Source: the human T2T-CHM13v2.0 reference genome, Homo sapiens. Taken from it: DNA of 64,000 nt. The position numbers and the translations under genes were made by a program. The DNA lies in assembly GCF_009914755.1 (NCBI RefSeq), contig NC_060939.1, one strand, 5' to 3'. Within the stretch, counting starts at the first letter, position 1; each line of letters begins with the position of its first letter. Of this stretch, positions 1-16,921 are shown one piece after another. A model generated the notes under the pieces. The model made no database searches, was not told the DNA's origin, and was given only the letters and a program-made list of their open reading frames with translations.

Positions 1-13
1 AGATAAAAAGATA

Positions 14-199
14 TTGTCGTGGGGTGGGGGGAGGGGGGAGGGATAGCATTAGGAGATATACCTAATGTAAATGACGAGTTATGGGTGCAGCACACCAACA
101 TGGCACATTTATACATATGTAACAAACCTGCACGTTGTGCACATGTACCCTAGAACTTAAAGTATTATAATAAAAAAATAAAAAATAAAAAAAATAAAA
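14..199 (+). mobile_element. 5'-truncated L1PA 3' end with poly(A) tail
   Basis: G-rich tract, then GGGATAGCATTAGGAGATATACCTAATG...GTACCCTAGAACTTAAAGTA and A-rich tail, matching the primate L1PA 3'UTR. Confidence 0.95.
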
Positions 200-339
200 T
201 GAGTTTGGAAAAAAAGATACAAATATAAAGATTAAAATGGGTACATTGGAGTATAATAAAATATAAAAAAACCCTACTTATCTTCAATGAAAATGCTTTA
301 TACAAAGTTAAGTAACACAGTCCACAGTTCAGGAAAGCA

Positions 340-1270
340 CATATAATCATTAGTGCCAGTAATTTATAAAGAACACCTACAGTTCAATAAGAAAAAACAA
401 GCAGCCAAATAAACAGTTGAGCAAAAGACATGAACATATAATTCACATAAAATAACACATACATGCCCAATAGCTATCAGAATAAATATTTAAGCTTACT
501 AACAAATAGAAAATGCAAAATAAAATTATGAGATGATATTCCAGTGATTGGGAAAATCTTAAAGTCTGATAATAAAAATAACAAGAGTTGTGGGAAAATA
601 AACTCAAATTTTCAGTGAATGTGTAAATTGGTCCTACTACTTTCAAAGTAATAGGACAATATCTATTGAAATTGAAGATGTCTATACACTTTGGTTCAAT
701 ATTTCCAATTCTACTAGAAACTGTTGCATTTATGTGAAAGGAGATGGGTATAAGAACGTTACAAATAAATTTTGGAAAGTACCTAAATGTCCATCAAAAG
801 TGATTGGGTAAACAAATTTCTAACTAGGAATGCTACACAGCAGTTATAATTAATGATTTAGAACTAAATTTATAAACGTGTACTTCGGAAAAATAAACTA
901 TAATATTAAGCCAAAAAAGCAAATTACACAATAATGTCAATATTGTTGTACCTTTGATAAAAATGTTAATAAACATACAATAAAATAGTATTTACATTTT
1001 ATAAATATGTGTATATATGTGGCATAAGGACTTGCCTGAGAATTACAAGCACAGAATTCAGGAGAGCAGTTAGCATCCCAAGTAAGGGAAAATGGGAGGA
1101 TGTGATTAGAAGGAAAACATAGGAAGTTCCAACTTTATTGGCAATGTTTTATAACAACATCAGAAGCAAATGTAGTGAAATGTTAATACTTTATAAATTA
1201 AAAAGCTATGAGGTAGATACACAGACTTTCATTATATTAGTCTTTATAACATTCTGTATAAAGTATTTTG
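340..1270 (+). mobile_element. old L1M (L1ME-like) ORF2 end / 3'UTR fragment
   Basis: Degenerate L1 ORF2-end motifs (GCAAAAGACATGAACA, GAAAATGCAAAATAAAA, CCTAAATGTCCATCAA); boundaries approximate. Confidence 0.75.
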
Positions 1271-1839
1271 TAATAAAATATATAAAGCTTTTCTTCATAT
1301 ATTTGTTAAAATATGCATTTGTTTCCACCCCAACACCTCCACATTTTCATCTAATTTTAAATTAAATATAAACAGTTTATTTCTGGAAAAAGGAAAAATA
1401 ATATTAACAAAATCAAATTAAAAAAGTAGCATTCACATTTCTTTGAAACAGTGCACATATAATTTCTCCCAAAAGCTATGCCATATGTCTATATTTTTTA
1501 ATCTGACATTCTTTTTGGATACTAACTGTTTCACCCTGTTGTTGATTTCATAACTTTTTTCTTGATTGGGTGTTTGTCATTTTGCTCAAATATTCATGTT
1601 AAGACTTCTTCTTATTTACTTCAGTATCCAAAATATCCATCCATGAGTTAGAATGTGGTAGAATCAGGCTTACAGCACAAAACCAACTCCATAAATGTTT
1701 GCTGAATCCCTTGTTGGTTGACCATCTTAACTTGGTGGTAATTATACAAGCATGATGAATACTATTTTGTAAAACGTGGTTCTCAATCTATTGATGATAT
1801 ATTTATTTTCAGCTTTTTAAATATACACACATGGAAATA

Positions 1840-2014
1840 TAACAAATCAAAGTACAGTATTATTAGCTAAATTTGAATTTCAGATATTCAATTAATTTTT
1901 CAAAATATAAGTATGTCCCATGGAATATTTGGGACCTATTTACACTAAAAATTATTTGTTATGGTTGACAATTCGGACTAGGCTGGGCACCTTGTATTTT
2001 ATGTGGCAACCCTG
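1840..2014. mobile_element. MER53 palindromic DNA-transposon MITE
   Basis: AAATTTGAATTTCAGATA...TATAAGTATGTCCCA...TTGGGAC...TGGCAACCCTG resembles MER53 consensus core and terminus. Confidence 0.8.
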
Positions 2015-2266
2015 TCAAGGGCCAACCCATAGTATTAAATTGACCTTGAATTTCTTACCTCCCTCAGGGCCTTTAACCACTTTTATGGACTAGAGAATGA
2101 CCAAGATTGAAGGCAAGTAGGACTTGCACATCTCTATTTCAAGGAGTTAGAATAAAAGCTGACATAAAACAAAATGGTCTTAGAAGAGAATATGTGGAGG
2201 AACCAGTGTAAATTTATGAAAATTATTTGGGAAAATGAAAGTTTCACCAGACTTCCTAATATATAT

Positions 2267-2985
<719 letters not shown>

Positions 2986-5898
2986 CATGAAAGCCATAAC
3001 ATTTTTCTGCTGAGTGGGCTTGGGTTAATGATCTCAAAATTTTAAAATATTTACATAACTTTTAACTATTGCAAGTAGAGTATCTAAAAACCACTTTTAG
3101 ATCTTCCCCAACCAACAGATCCTAGAGATGGAGGGCTAGCTTACTGATTACTTGCATAGGCTCTGGTCTCAGTGTTCCTCCTTAAGGCTTTACTCAGCAG
3201 ATATGGCCAGCTGATGGCTTCAGTTATCAACATTCACTGTGCTTCTTGGAAAGTAGTTTGTCACACAACATCACTGAAACTTGGAAGAAGGACTTTTTGT
3301 ATTCAAAACCCACCCAATGTAAATAACTTCTCAAATTCTCGCTTCTATTCCAAGCTATCCCCTCATACGGGCAAAGAAGCAGTCTGTCAGTCTAGAGTGC
3401 AGAGTGGAAAACAACATGCCATAACTCCATAGTCATGTTTTTCTTCACTCATCTGCCTTGACCTGCAAACATATATATGCCACAAAGTGTAATTTTCCTT
3501 TCAATAAATAACAGAAGGCCCCTTAGACTCTTGGAGGAGGAGGTTATATTTTACTAAAGTAGTCAAGCTATAGTTTTAGCCAAATCAGGTGCCCTGATAC
3601 ACCTATAGTATTTACTATTCCCAAAGTGAGACTGTTACTGGTAAAGCCAGATTAATGGTAGGATTTCCTGACTTATGCCCTAGGTCCCAATTTCCTTGGC
3701 ACTGCAGTCTCATCAATGAGGCAGAAATTATATATACCAAAACCACAGCAAATGTGGTAGAAAACAAGAGAAAGTACAATGATCCTCAAAGGAGGGTGCA
3801 TTGTCAACAGAGAGGACCACATGGTTGTCATATCACATCACATCGCACAGACCCTTGATTAGGGTCAACCCATCAACCAATTTTCTCTTTAGTTGCCCAA
3901 GCAATAGCCGCCAGAACCTCTACGGGCATCTCATTCCTGCATTCACAGCCTGCAGAAACTAAAATGGCACCTTCCTTTAGAGGCTGAGAAGAGCAGTAGA
4001 GAAAAGTGTGGCAGGAAAGAATCACATGCTAATTTTCCTTAATTTTTTGTTGAGATATGATTGCAGAGAATCTTACCTTGCATGAACTAATAGGATAATT
4101 CAGTAGTGTAATTTCGCTACCCAGGAAACATCTTCAATAAACATACCACAGTTCATGAGGTTTTTTCATGAGATTATTGGAGAAAATGCACATATACGTT
4201 GCTACAGGGACATTTAATATCTTAGAAACTGAGGATTACTCATCTTTCAATCTATTCCACCATTATATAGCTCTATGATCTGTCTGTAATATCATTTTTT
4301 CCCCAGAAATATACTTTAGTATCTTAAACATTCTAAAACCCATTTGATGTCCAGACATTCTTTTTCAATCATCAAATAACGAGTCTCTGGGGAAAAGACT
4401 TTTCCTCCTGATGTACCCAATAGGTTGTTCTTGACTGGCTGGTTTCTGCACCAGCAGTGCTCTTGATCTCACCTGCACTTTAAAAGACTTCTCAAAGTCA
4501 CATCTAATTAACACTGGCTCTGTATATAAAAAGGCTTTGTTAGGACTTCTTATACTCAAAGCAGGTATTTTTTCCAGCTCTTTCCAATCTATTAAATATA
4601 TTGTAAAAATGACAAGGCCTACTATCTAAAATATGCATATTACTTTAGCCCCTTAACTGTCCCTTTGCCATTTTTTTTGATATTTTTCTCCACTTACTTG
4701 TAGTTCATGCTATTTCTAACCAGCTTTCCCTGATTCAAAAATCAAATAGTTTAGCAATGGGAATTTTTATTACAGCAAAGCAGACTTTTACATCCATCAG
4801 AATCCAATTTTAAGGAGCCAGATTATATCAGTTGTTTAATATCTTTCTCAGAATTCCTGTTGAAATGTTGTATTTATGTATCTGAAAACGTCATCATAGT
4901 TTTTAAGAAAACTCTATAGTTGCTTGAATTTGAATAAGAGCCTGAGCAAAAGTAAAACTTGGGGAAATAAAATGAGAAAAAAAAAACATTTAAAAGCTTC
5001 TTATGAGGAACTCCTTATCCACTAGATCACATGAGTAAACCTGGATTCCTTAAGTATCTTACCAGCTATTCCTCGTTAACCAGATCTTCAAATCTGTCAT
5101 TCACATGGCTGCCCCAGTTACCTTCCTAAAACCTAGGTCAATTGACATTTCTTCCCTCTATTACAGTCTTCAGGGGCTGACAGCCTGCCGCATAAAGTTA
5201 CAATGAATTAAAATGACACTTAAGACCTCTGTGATCTAGTCCCAAACCGTTCTGGCCTCACTTCCCGCCCCATTTTATTAATTTCACCACTAGCATTCTC
5301 TCTCCTCACTGAGGAGCACGCACATTCATACTTCTGTGCCTTTCCCCATGATGGTTCTAAAATTCCCATGTGCAAACGCCACTGATTTATGGAGACTTTT
5401 GGATGCTGTGGTCAGAACCAGTTCCTCCTTATTCTGCTTCAACCGTAAGATGTTTGACGTCTTTTGATACAGATTTTGTTTTACCTTCTGCTGTAGTACT
5501 GATTTGTGGTTTCTTCATTGCAAATTAAATGATCTGAGAAAAATTAGTATCATATTCAGCTTTGTGTTCTCCCAATACCTGGAACAGTGGCATTCAGAGA
5601 CTAGGTCCCCAATGCTTGTCTGTTGCATGATTCAGAAATGAGAGCCCTTACTCAGAGCTCTTCAGTTCTATTGGAGTTAACATCATTCTGAAAACTGATA
5701 TTTTCTATTTTCATGTTCATGTTCATTCTTCCTTCATGTTAAATAATTCTTAATATTGAACTATTCAGTTATCAGTAAAGCTATGTTGACGTCATAGGGC
5801 CCTACCAAAACTAGGGTGACATTCAGTGGCTGGAGCGCAGAGATGGGTTTAATAGAAGGAAATGAGTGTTGAATAAGTGTATTAAATATATAGTTGAA

Positions 5899-6050
5899 TG
5901 GCTGGGTGCGGTGGCTCACAGTTGTAATCCCAGCACTTTCAGAGACTAAAGCGGGAGGATGGCTTGAGGCCAGGAGTTTGACACCAGCCTGGGCAACAAA
6001 GCGAGACCCTGTCTCTATTTAATTTAAAATAAATTAATAAAATAATCATA
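5899..6050 (+). mobile_element. FLAM / free left Alu monomer
   Basis: Single monomer GGCTGGGTGCGGTGGCTCAC...GCGAGACCCTGTCTCTA followed by A/T-rich tail. Confidence 0.9.
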
Positions 6051-6579
6051 AAATAAATACAGAGTTTAACTGTGGTCTACAGACCAACAGGTATGACAAA
6101 GTAAAAATGTCCTTCAATTTTTAAGAAACTAGGGGCTAGCTAGTTATCCTTTGGTTTTCTTCAAAAAAACTAACACTCATAGTCTAACTTTCATAAAATC
6201 GAATCCCAGCATTACCACTAAGGGTTACATATGACCTTTTCACAGTGTCACAACCTCCTCATCACCAGGAGAAACCAGTGATCCCACTTCAGTCCCTTAA
6301 AGAGTAAGCAGTTGAGTTTAGAAAACTAAGTCCTCTCTGTGAGGGTTTCCATCAATTTGTTGGAGATTCACTTATGATTGGCAGAGGAAGATGCTGTTTG
6401 TCATTCCCCTCCCCAAGAAACAATGTATTCATAATTAGGCCAGCCTTCTCCTTTTGTTTGGGGATACCTGATTAATATTATCAAGAAGGTTTATTTTTCT
6501 TTCTCTTTAAAAGGTGGACATTTAGTTGGATAAAGGAAATTGAGACGGTGAGAAAATGAATTCAGAGGTGCTAAAGTGC

Positions 6580-8450
6580 CTCTGTGTGTATATACCTAGG
6601 CACAGAATCTGCGCTATAAGCCATGCAAATATCCAAGTTTTAAGAGATTAGTGCAGACTGTCAAAATGATGGTACCTTTTTATGATCCCACAAGCAAAGT
6701 ATAAAAGTTACCATTTCTTGGTATCCTTGACAACATTTGGCACTTTCAGATTTTTAAACATATGCCAATAAAGTGAGTAAAGTGATATTTAATTATGGTT
6801 TTAATTTGCATTTCTCTGATTGTTAATGAGATTGAGTATGAAATAACTATTCATATCCTTTGCCCTTTGTCTCTTGAGATATATATATATATATATATAT
6901 AAAATAAACTGTACTGTATATGACACTTTTCCTTTGATATTTGTGAGTAATTTTAATGCCTTATGACTTGGTAGTAATTTCTAAGTTTTGTGTATGATAA
7001 AAAGTATTGTGTATTTCCAACATTTTGGAGGATAATTGATACGTTTATTAGACTATTGCTTTTAAAAATCTTTTATCTCCTTGCTGAATTTTTCATCTAC
7101 TTGAACTATCAGTTATTGAGGGTGTTATATTACAAGTAATAATTACTATGGTAAAATTGCTAAATTGTCATTATGAGTCTCTCATTTTTTCTTCATATCT
7201 TTAAGTGATAGTGTCTGGCACATATGTCAAATTCTCTTGGTGAATATATTATTATATTATTATTACTATTTCTTGAATTTTACTTCTTAAACTATTATTT
7301 CATTAGCTTTAATGATTATAGATGTCAATATTTACCTCCAGCTCTCTAAAAATGTTATTCTGCACTCTTCAGTCTTTCACTTTTGCCATTGAGAAATCGT
7401 CAGCACAAATGGCATTCCTTTGACAGCAATATATTTAAATGTTGTTCTTCCAGAATGACATTAAGTTCGCCCCTTCCATGTGGGGTTTGTAGTTTATTGC
7501 AATGTTTCTCCATGTCGGTTTCTATTTATCTTGCTTGGGACTCACTGGGCTTCTAGACTGAGGATTCATATATTTAAGGAAATATATTTATTCAGACATG
7601 ATCTCTTTAAATATTTCGTTTTGCCCATTCTCTGTATTTTCTTTCTAGAACTATGATCACACATATATTTTTGATTAGACATATATATGATTAGACTCTA
7701 TCCTCCATATGTCTTTAATATCATTTTGTATTTTCTGTCTCTTTGAGCAGAATTACTGGTAATTTCTTCAGATCAATCTTCCAGGTCAGTAATTCTCTCT
7801 TTTACTGTGTCTTAACTAATATGTAAATCGGTCATTGATTTTCTCATTTTAATTATTATATTTGTCATTTCTGGAAATTGTGTTTCCTTCCTTTTTATTT
7901 CATTGGTTATTCTTTGATAGTCATTTGCTCCAAATTCATGATTTCTTTTTGCATTTTAAAAATGTATTAAACGTTCTTGTTTCAAATTATATATCCAGTA
8001 ATTTCAATAATGAAGTTGTTACAGGTCTAATTTTGTTTATTGTTGTTTCCACTGGCTCTTACTTATGGTGGCTTATTTTCTATTGTGTATTGGGATTTAA
8101 TCATGAGTCCAGGTTTCGTTGAACTCACTATATGAGGTTTTTGACACCTGTTTTGAGGATGTCTTCCTCCTGTGGGGAAGATTTATATTTGTTTCTGACA
8201 GGCATACAAGGGCACTAGAGATCTTGTCCATTTTAAATAATGTTGTTTTGTTGGCAGTTTTTAAGGCCATAAAATATTGTAAATTCAGTCTTCAATCTTA
8301 TATGAAGGCAGGCCATTGGTCATTGTGTTTATGTTTTCTTTTACCTTCTAACTGGAAGCAAAAAATCATTGTCTTGTTGACTGTCTTACATGGTTGTTTT
8401 TCCCTAAGTTTAACCTTTCTCTGAAGTTGAGACCTATCTGAGGGTCCACC
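6580..8450 (-). mobile_element. fragmented old L1M (L1ME-like)
   Basis: Antisense L1 motifs (TGGTTTTAATTTGCATTTCTCTGAT, TTCATATCCTTTGCCC) and T-rich ORF1-like antisense sequence; contains (AT)n at ~6879-6901. Confidence 0.7.
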
Positions 8451-8476
8451 TTTATGCAGGATCTCTCAGTCAATAA

Positions 8477-8818
<342 letters not shown>

Positions 8819-9149
8819 TAGTGTATCATCTTTAGTCACCCATTGCCACTGATTCTCTAGCATCTTTGTGTGTCCCTAGTATAACAAATTGCCTAATTGC
8901 TAGCTTCTCTTACCAGCCTGTGTTCCTTTCTTACTCATGACTTCATATCTTCCATCTTTCTTTCAGGTACATCCAACTCTTTAAAAACTGTTTAAAATAT
9001 TTTGTTGAACATTTAGTGGATTTTTTAAAGTGTAAATGTGTTGCTATCAGTATCTCTTCTGAGTCCACTCCATTCTGAAAATGGAAGCCTGACTTTTCTC
9101 CCCAAATGTAATGTGGATAATACCAAACCTAGATTCTTTTTCTTTTTTA

Positions 9150-9180
<31 letters not shown>

Positions 9181-9477
9181 TTTTGCTGTTTTTTTTTCCA
9201 GGCAGAAAAGTTTTTAAAGAGTTTAGATCAAGAGGAGAACTCGTTTCGTCAGCTTCTAAAATTATGAGAATTAAATGGCACAATAAAATGCAATTACTCA
9301 AGTCATCTGGAAAATTTGAAATTTCAGTGGTTGTTCTCAAAAGAGAAGATTCCCTGAAGTTTGTATAGAAACTCAGAGCAGGATATAATGCAGATTGATA
9401 AGAGAAAATGTTTACTTTCGGAAATTAAAGTAAAGATAGAGCTGGCAGAAGTCATATCCAGTTTAGAGAATGAGAGA

Positions 9478-9715
9478 AGCATGGTAGAAAGGGCAAGAAT
9501 GGGTTCTGTATCACGCACACTTGAACATGAATGATGCACTCCTGAATAGTTGCATGTATCTGGTCAAATCATTTAGCCTCTTTAAAATGCAAAGTCTTTA
9601 TCAGTATAATGGAGATAGTAATGTTTTGGTCATAACCTTAAAATAACTCACCTATATGAAGTGGCAAGTAGGGTGTCTGGCACAAACTAGGCCCCTGACA
9701 ATTGGAATTTACTAT
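9478..9715 (+). mobile_element. MIR
   Basis: Degenerate core (GGTCAAATCATTTAGCCTCT, TATAATGGAGATAGTAAT, GTCTGGCACA). Confidence 0.6.
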
Positions 9716-9890
9716 AGTATTCTTACTAGCATAAAAACTTCACCACTGCTCTGCCTATGAGGAGTTGGAGATGAACACTAGAGTCAATCTTAGGTTATTC
9801 ATATATTTTATGTTTTTTTGCTTAAATAAACCACTATCAACTAAATATTTTGTTTGCCCCATAGTATTAGTTAAGCCACTTCAACAAACA

Positions 9891-12800
<2,910 letters not shown>

Positions 12801-13479
12801 AGCAACCACTAGACAGAAGACATTTATAGGACTTGTTCCTATTTAGAAGCACTCAATTCATACTGCCTCTCTCTTCAACTTGAGAAATAAAAATCGATTA
12901 CATAACTTTGATTTGGCAACCAACTATCTAATGTAACTATCCTAATAAAGCAACAAGTGATTGTGTATTTGTCATACTTGGTTGAGTTTACCTGTTTAAG
13001 TGAGTGCACTTGATAAGAATTTTCTATCAAATAAATTGCAATATGTTCTAATAATTATTTTCCTAGAGAGCCTTACAATTGTATCATGTGTTTACGTATC
13101 ATTAAATCAATAGCAAGTGTGGAAAACCCACCAAATTTTTATGATTCAGGCTTTCATTTTTCTTTAAGAAACATTTAAGTGATAAATTATTCATTGAAAA
13201 TGGTTATTTGGGGAAGTAAGTGCTAATTAGGAGACTTCACAAATTGTTCCTCAATTAGTTGATTAGCATGAATAGAAGTATGTTTGAATGATGTAAATTT
13301 AATGGTTTAATTTTACTAAGATGGTAAAAATAATAAATGTACCAAGTCAAAGAACAAAAGAAATTTTGCTTCCAATAGTGGACATTGTTTCATTTGTGGA
13401 GGATCACTCAGTATCTTATCCTACATGTTTCTTTGATTGATAAACCCATTGTGTTTGAATAGGTACAAGATAAAGCCTC

Positions 13480-13797
<318 letters not shown>

Positions 13798-13918
13798 CTA
13801 TAGAGGTCCAAACTTCTAGATCCTCTATCTGCTCACTATTAGCTAGTGAAGGTTATGGCATGTGATGTTTTGTGTTGCTCAGTTGTATGCTCTAATTAGG
13901 GTTTTTATCATGTGGAAG

Positions 13919-14175
13919 TGTGATAAGCAGAATTCTAAAGGTGCACTCCAAGATTTCCATCTTTCGGTTATTCGATCAAACATTAATCTAGGAACTAGTG
14001 TAAGGAACTTTGCACATGGAACTAAGACTGTTCATCAGCTAACCTTAAAGTAGGGAGACCATCTTGTGTTATCTGGGTGGGCTAAATGAAATCAAAGGAA
14101 TCATTAAAAACAGAAGAGGAAGGCAGAACCATCAATCAATGGAGCTGAGGTGGAAAAAAGGTGCAGAGACAAGGT
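13919..14175 (+). mobile_element. MLT1 (D/E-like) LTR 5' fragment
   Basis: TGTGATAAGCAGAATTCTAAAG...GAACTTTGCACATG...TTATCTGGGTGGGC typical of MLT1. Confidence 0.7.
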
Positions 14176-15694
14176 GGGGGAGATATAGACAATGGTTTAT
14201 AAGCAATAGAACCCATGATTAATACACGTATTTGGAAAGACCTATCTTACCTATTTTGAGCTAAAATAGTATTTTAGGTTGGAAGCCTGGTAGCTCAGGA
14301 TGTGTAATGAAATATCACTCTGATTGCCTAAGATTACTTTGAATGAAATACTTTTCTGAAGAAAAATTTTTGAGTGGCCATTTTGCCACTTCCATGAATC
14401 AAAGACAGAAAGGAGTCAAGATGGCTGCTGAAAGATCATGGCAGGTTAAAATGTTGAAGACCTTGTTAAAGATACCAGTTGAAATCTAGAGACTATCTTG
14501 ATCTCATTTCACTCATTTCATGCTTCCGTAGAGTGGAAACAGCCAAAGTCTATGCTTCACGTTTGAGCTAAATTATAATATCTACTGAATTCAAAGCTTC
14601 TTCCCATCTTTTATGTCTGAGTTACGAAAATGATTGGGAAAGACTAGAACCCCACGTATTAAAATGAGATTACATGAGAAATCAAAGGTCTTAAACTTCT
14701 CCTGGAGGCCAGAAGAACCTCTTGTCTCTTGTTTGGTTTTATGCTTACAGGAAGATGGGGTAGTTATAACCTAAACTTAGCATTTGAGTTGCAGGACACT
14801 AAATGATAATATTAAATAAATTCAAAGCTTCACCAGATCTTAGATCAATAGGATAATGACGGAAAAGAATACAGTTAAATGAGGATGTACAGGGGGAGAA
14901 TCAGAGCCTTGCAACTCCCATGGCAGCCGGAACGGTCCTTTTCTCCTTGTTGATGAAACTCTTTCACACTTGCATGAAAGAATTTTGAATAAATCTCTTA
15001 CCTAAGCTATTTACCTTAAAAGCAGATCATTCTTCTTAGCCATCTTCTCTGCTCTTTCCTAGACCCTTCTTGCCTCCCCAAATGTAATTAGCATTATAAT
15101 CCAGAATGCTCCTGGAGAAAATTACAAAGTCCAGCCTTAAGAAGAATGCTTTCACCTAAAAAATAGTTATATGGCTTTACTAATTCATGTTGATCAAAAT
15201 CTGGGAAATGTGTATAGGAATGAATCTGAGCTTATTTGTAAAATGAGGAACAGTCATCATTTTTGATTTGGACAATTTAATTGATATGGTTTCAGTATGC
15301 TTGCTGGATTCCCTGGGAGTGAGTTTAATTGTTTGTTTGGATGGATGCCTAAATCTGCAACCTGGAACTAAGGGTGGCCTACAGTTAAAAGAAAGGAAAA
15401 AGTTGAAATGACAGAAAACTCTTGGTCTAGTACAGAGAGAACACTGCAAAGACTTAGAGGTTAGAAGGTGGGAGTCCATTCACCATGTGTTACTTCAGAT
15501 AATTTCCTAACTTTATCCCCTGAGAAACACCAGAAGACACTCTTTACCAAGACTTTGAGAAAAACATTGTGTAATGAGAGCAGATGCTTAGTGATAATTT
15601 GCTTAGGGTTCAAGATGCTTATGAGAGATTGCACTTGAAGTAGGTTCCTGGTTTCAGTGAGTAGGAGGATTGCAGAGGAGCAGAAGCAAAGTAA

Positions 15695-16015
15695 CAGTTG
15701 ACCCTCGGTATCTACAGAGGACTGGGACCAAGGCTCCCTGCAGATCTCAAAATCTGGGGTTGCTGAAGTTCCTGACATAAAATAGTATAGTATTTGTGTC
15801 TAACATATGCACATCCTGCGATATACTTGAAAGGATCTCTAGATTACTTATAATACCTAATACAATGTAAATACTGTGAAAATAGTTGTTATGCTGTATT
15901 GTTTTTTAAAAAATCTGTATTATTTTTAATTTTATTGTTATTTCCCCTCAATATTTTCCATTGGTGGTTGTTTGACAATGAGAATGCAGAACCCACAGAT
16001 ACAGAGGGTTGACTG
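15695..16015. mobile_element. MER2 (TcMar-Tigger non-autonomous element) inserted in ERV-L
   Basis: TIRs CAGTTGACCCTCGGTATCT / AGATACAGAGGGTTGACTG followed by TA; core CTCTAGATTACTTATAATACCTAATACAATGTAAAT. Confidence 0.9.
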
Positions 16016-16690
16016 TAGTTCCATTTAAACTCCAGAATCAAAAGGCCAACCTGGCAAACAGAACTTCAGGAATATTTGACCTTAGTTAATATCATGTGAT
16101 TCCTTGGGAAAAAGCAGATTTAAAATTGATACGAGTTTCCTAAATGATATGTACAATTGGTTGGGTATTTTGGGGTAGGAAGGAGCTTTATATTTGGTAA
16201 ACTTAGACCAGACCTCAGAAATCATAATGTATATTTGCTATCCTAAACCTATATTGCTATCCCAATGCCTGAGTCAGTTCCTAGACCTAGTTCTCCTAGA
16301 ATGAAATTAAGGGAGATAGTATTGTGATTGGACGCTGTAGTAATATCAAGGTGTATATTATGATATTTTCTCCAAGTCTATTTCAAAGATATATGGCACA
16401 ACTTATCACTAGGAAAAGGAAAATATTCACATCTTTTGTGTATTAGTGTATACAACTCAATGCTACACTATTGCTCCAAAACCTGGAATACCACTATAGT
16501 CCATAGGTTAGTAGTTCATGGGTGTCAAATAACAAATAAATTTTTGGCTCAATAGACCCCAAAGTTATTCTGTTTCCCTTTCCTAATTATATAGTATATA
16601 TTTGAAATTTAAGATTCTATATTTAAAATACACATACACACACACACACACTCACACACTTAGGTACTAGAAAAACCCCTACTAGATTTT

Positions 16691-16921
16691 GTGACCCATA
16701 AAGTAAAAGTTATTATGGTCCTATTATGTCCCCTAGAACTTCTTGTCCTTAATGAAATAGTAAATAAAAAGCAATATCCCATCCCTAGGGGAATCTTCCT
16801 CCAGAGAGAGATTAGTGCTACCATCAAAGACTTGAGAAAAGCAGGAGTGGTGATTCCTAATATAACTCTACTTATCTCTGTAGCTGCGGAAGTGAAGAAA
16901 ATGAAGGACCTTGTAGAATGA
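16691..16921 (+). pseudogene. ERV-L pol (reverse transcriptase N-terminal) remnant
   Basis: ORF translation similar to ERV-L pol (PLELPLP..IVNQKQY.IPGG..EISATIKDLKDAGVVIP). Confidence 0.85.

Noticed and set aside
20-43. G-quadruplex-forming G tract (also ~57133-57167)
   Set aside because: Ordinary feature of the L1PA 3'UTR; not locus-specific.
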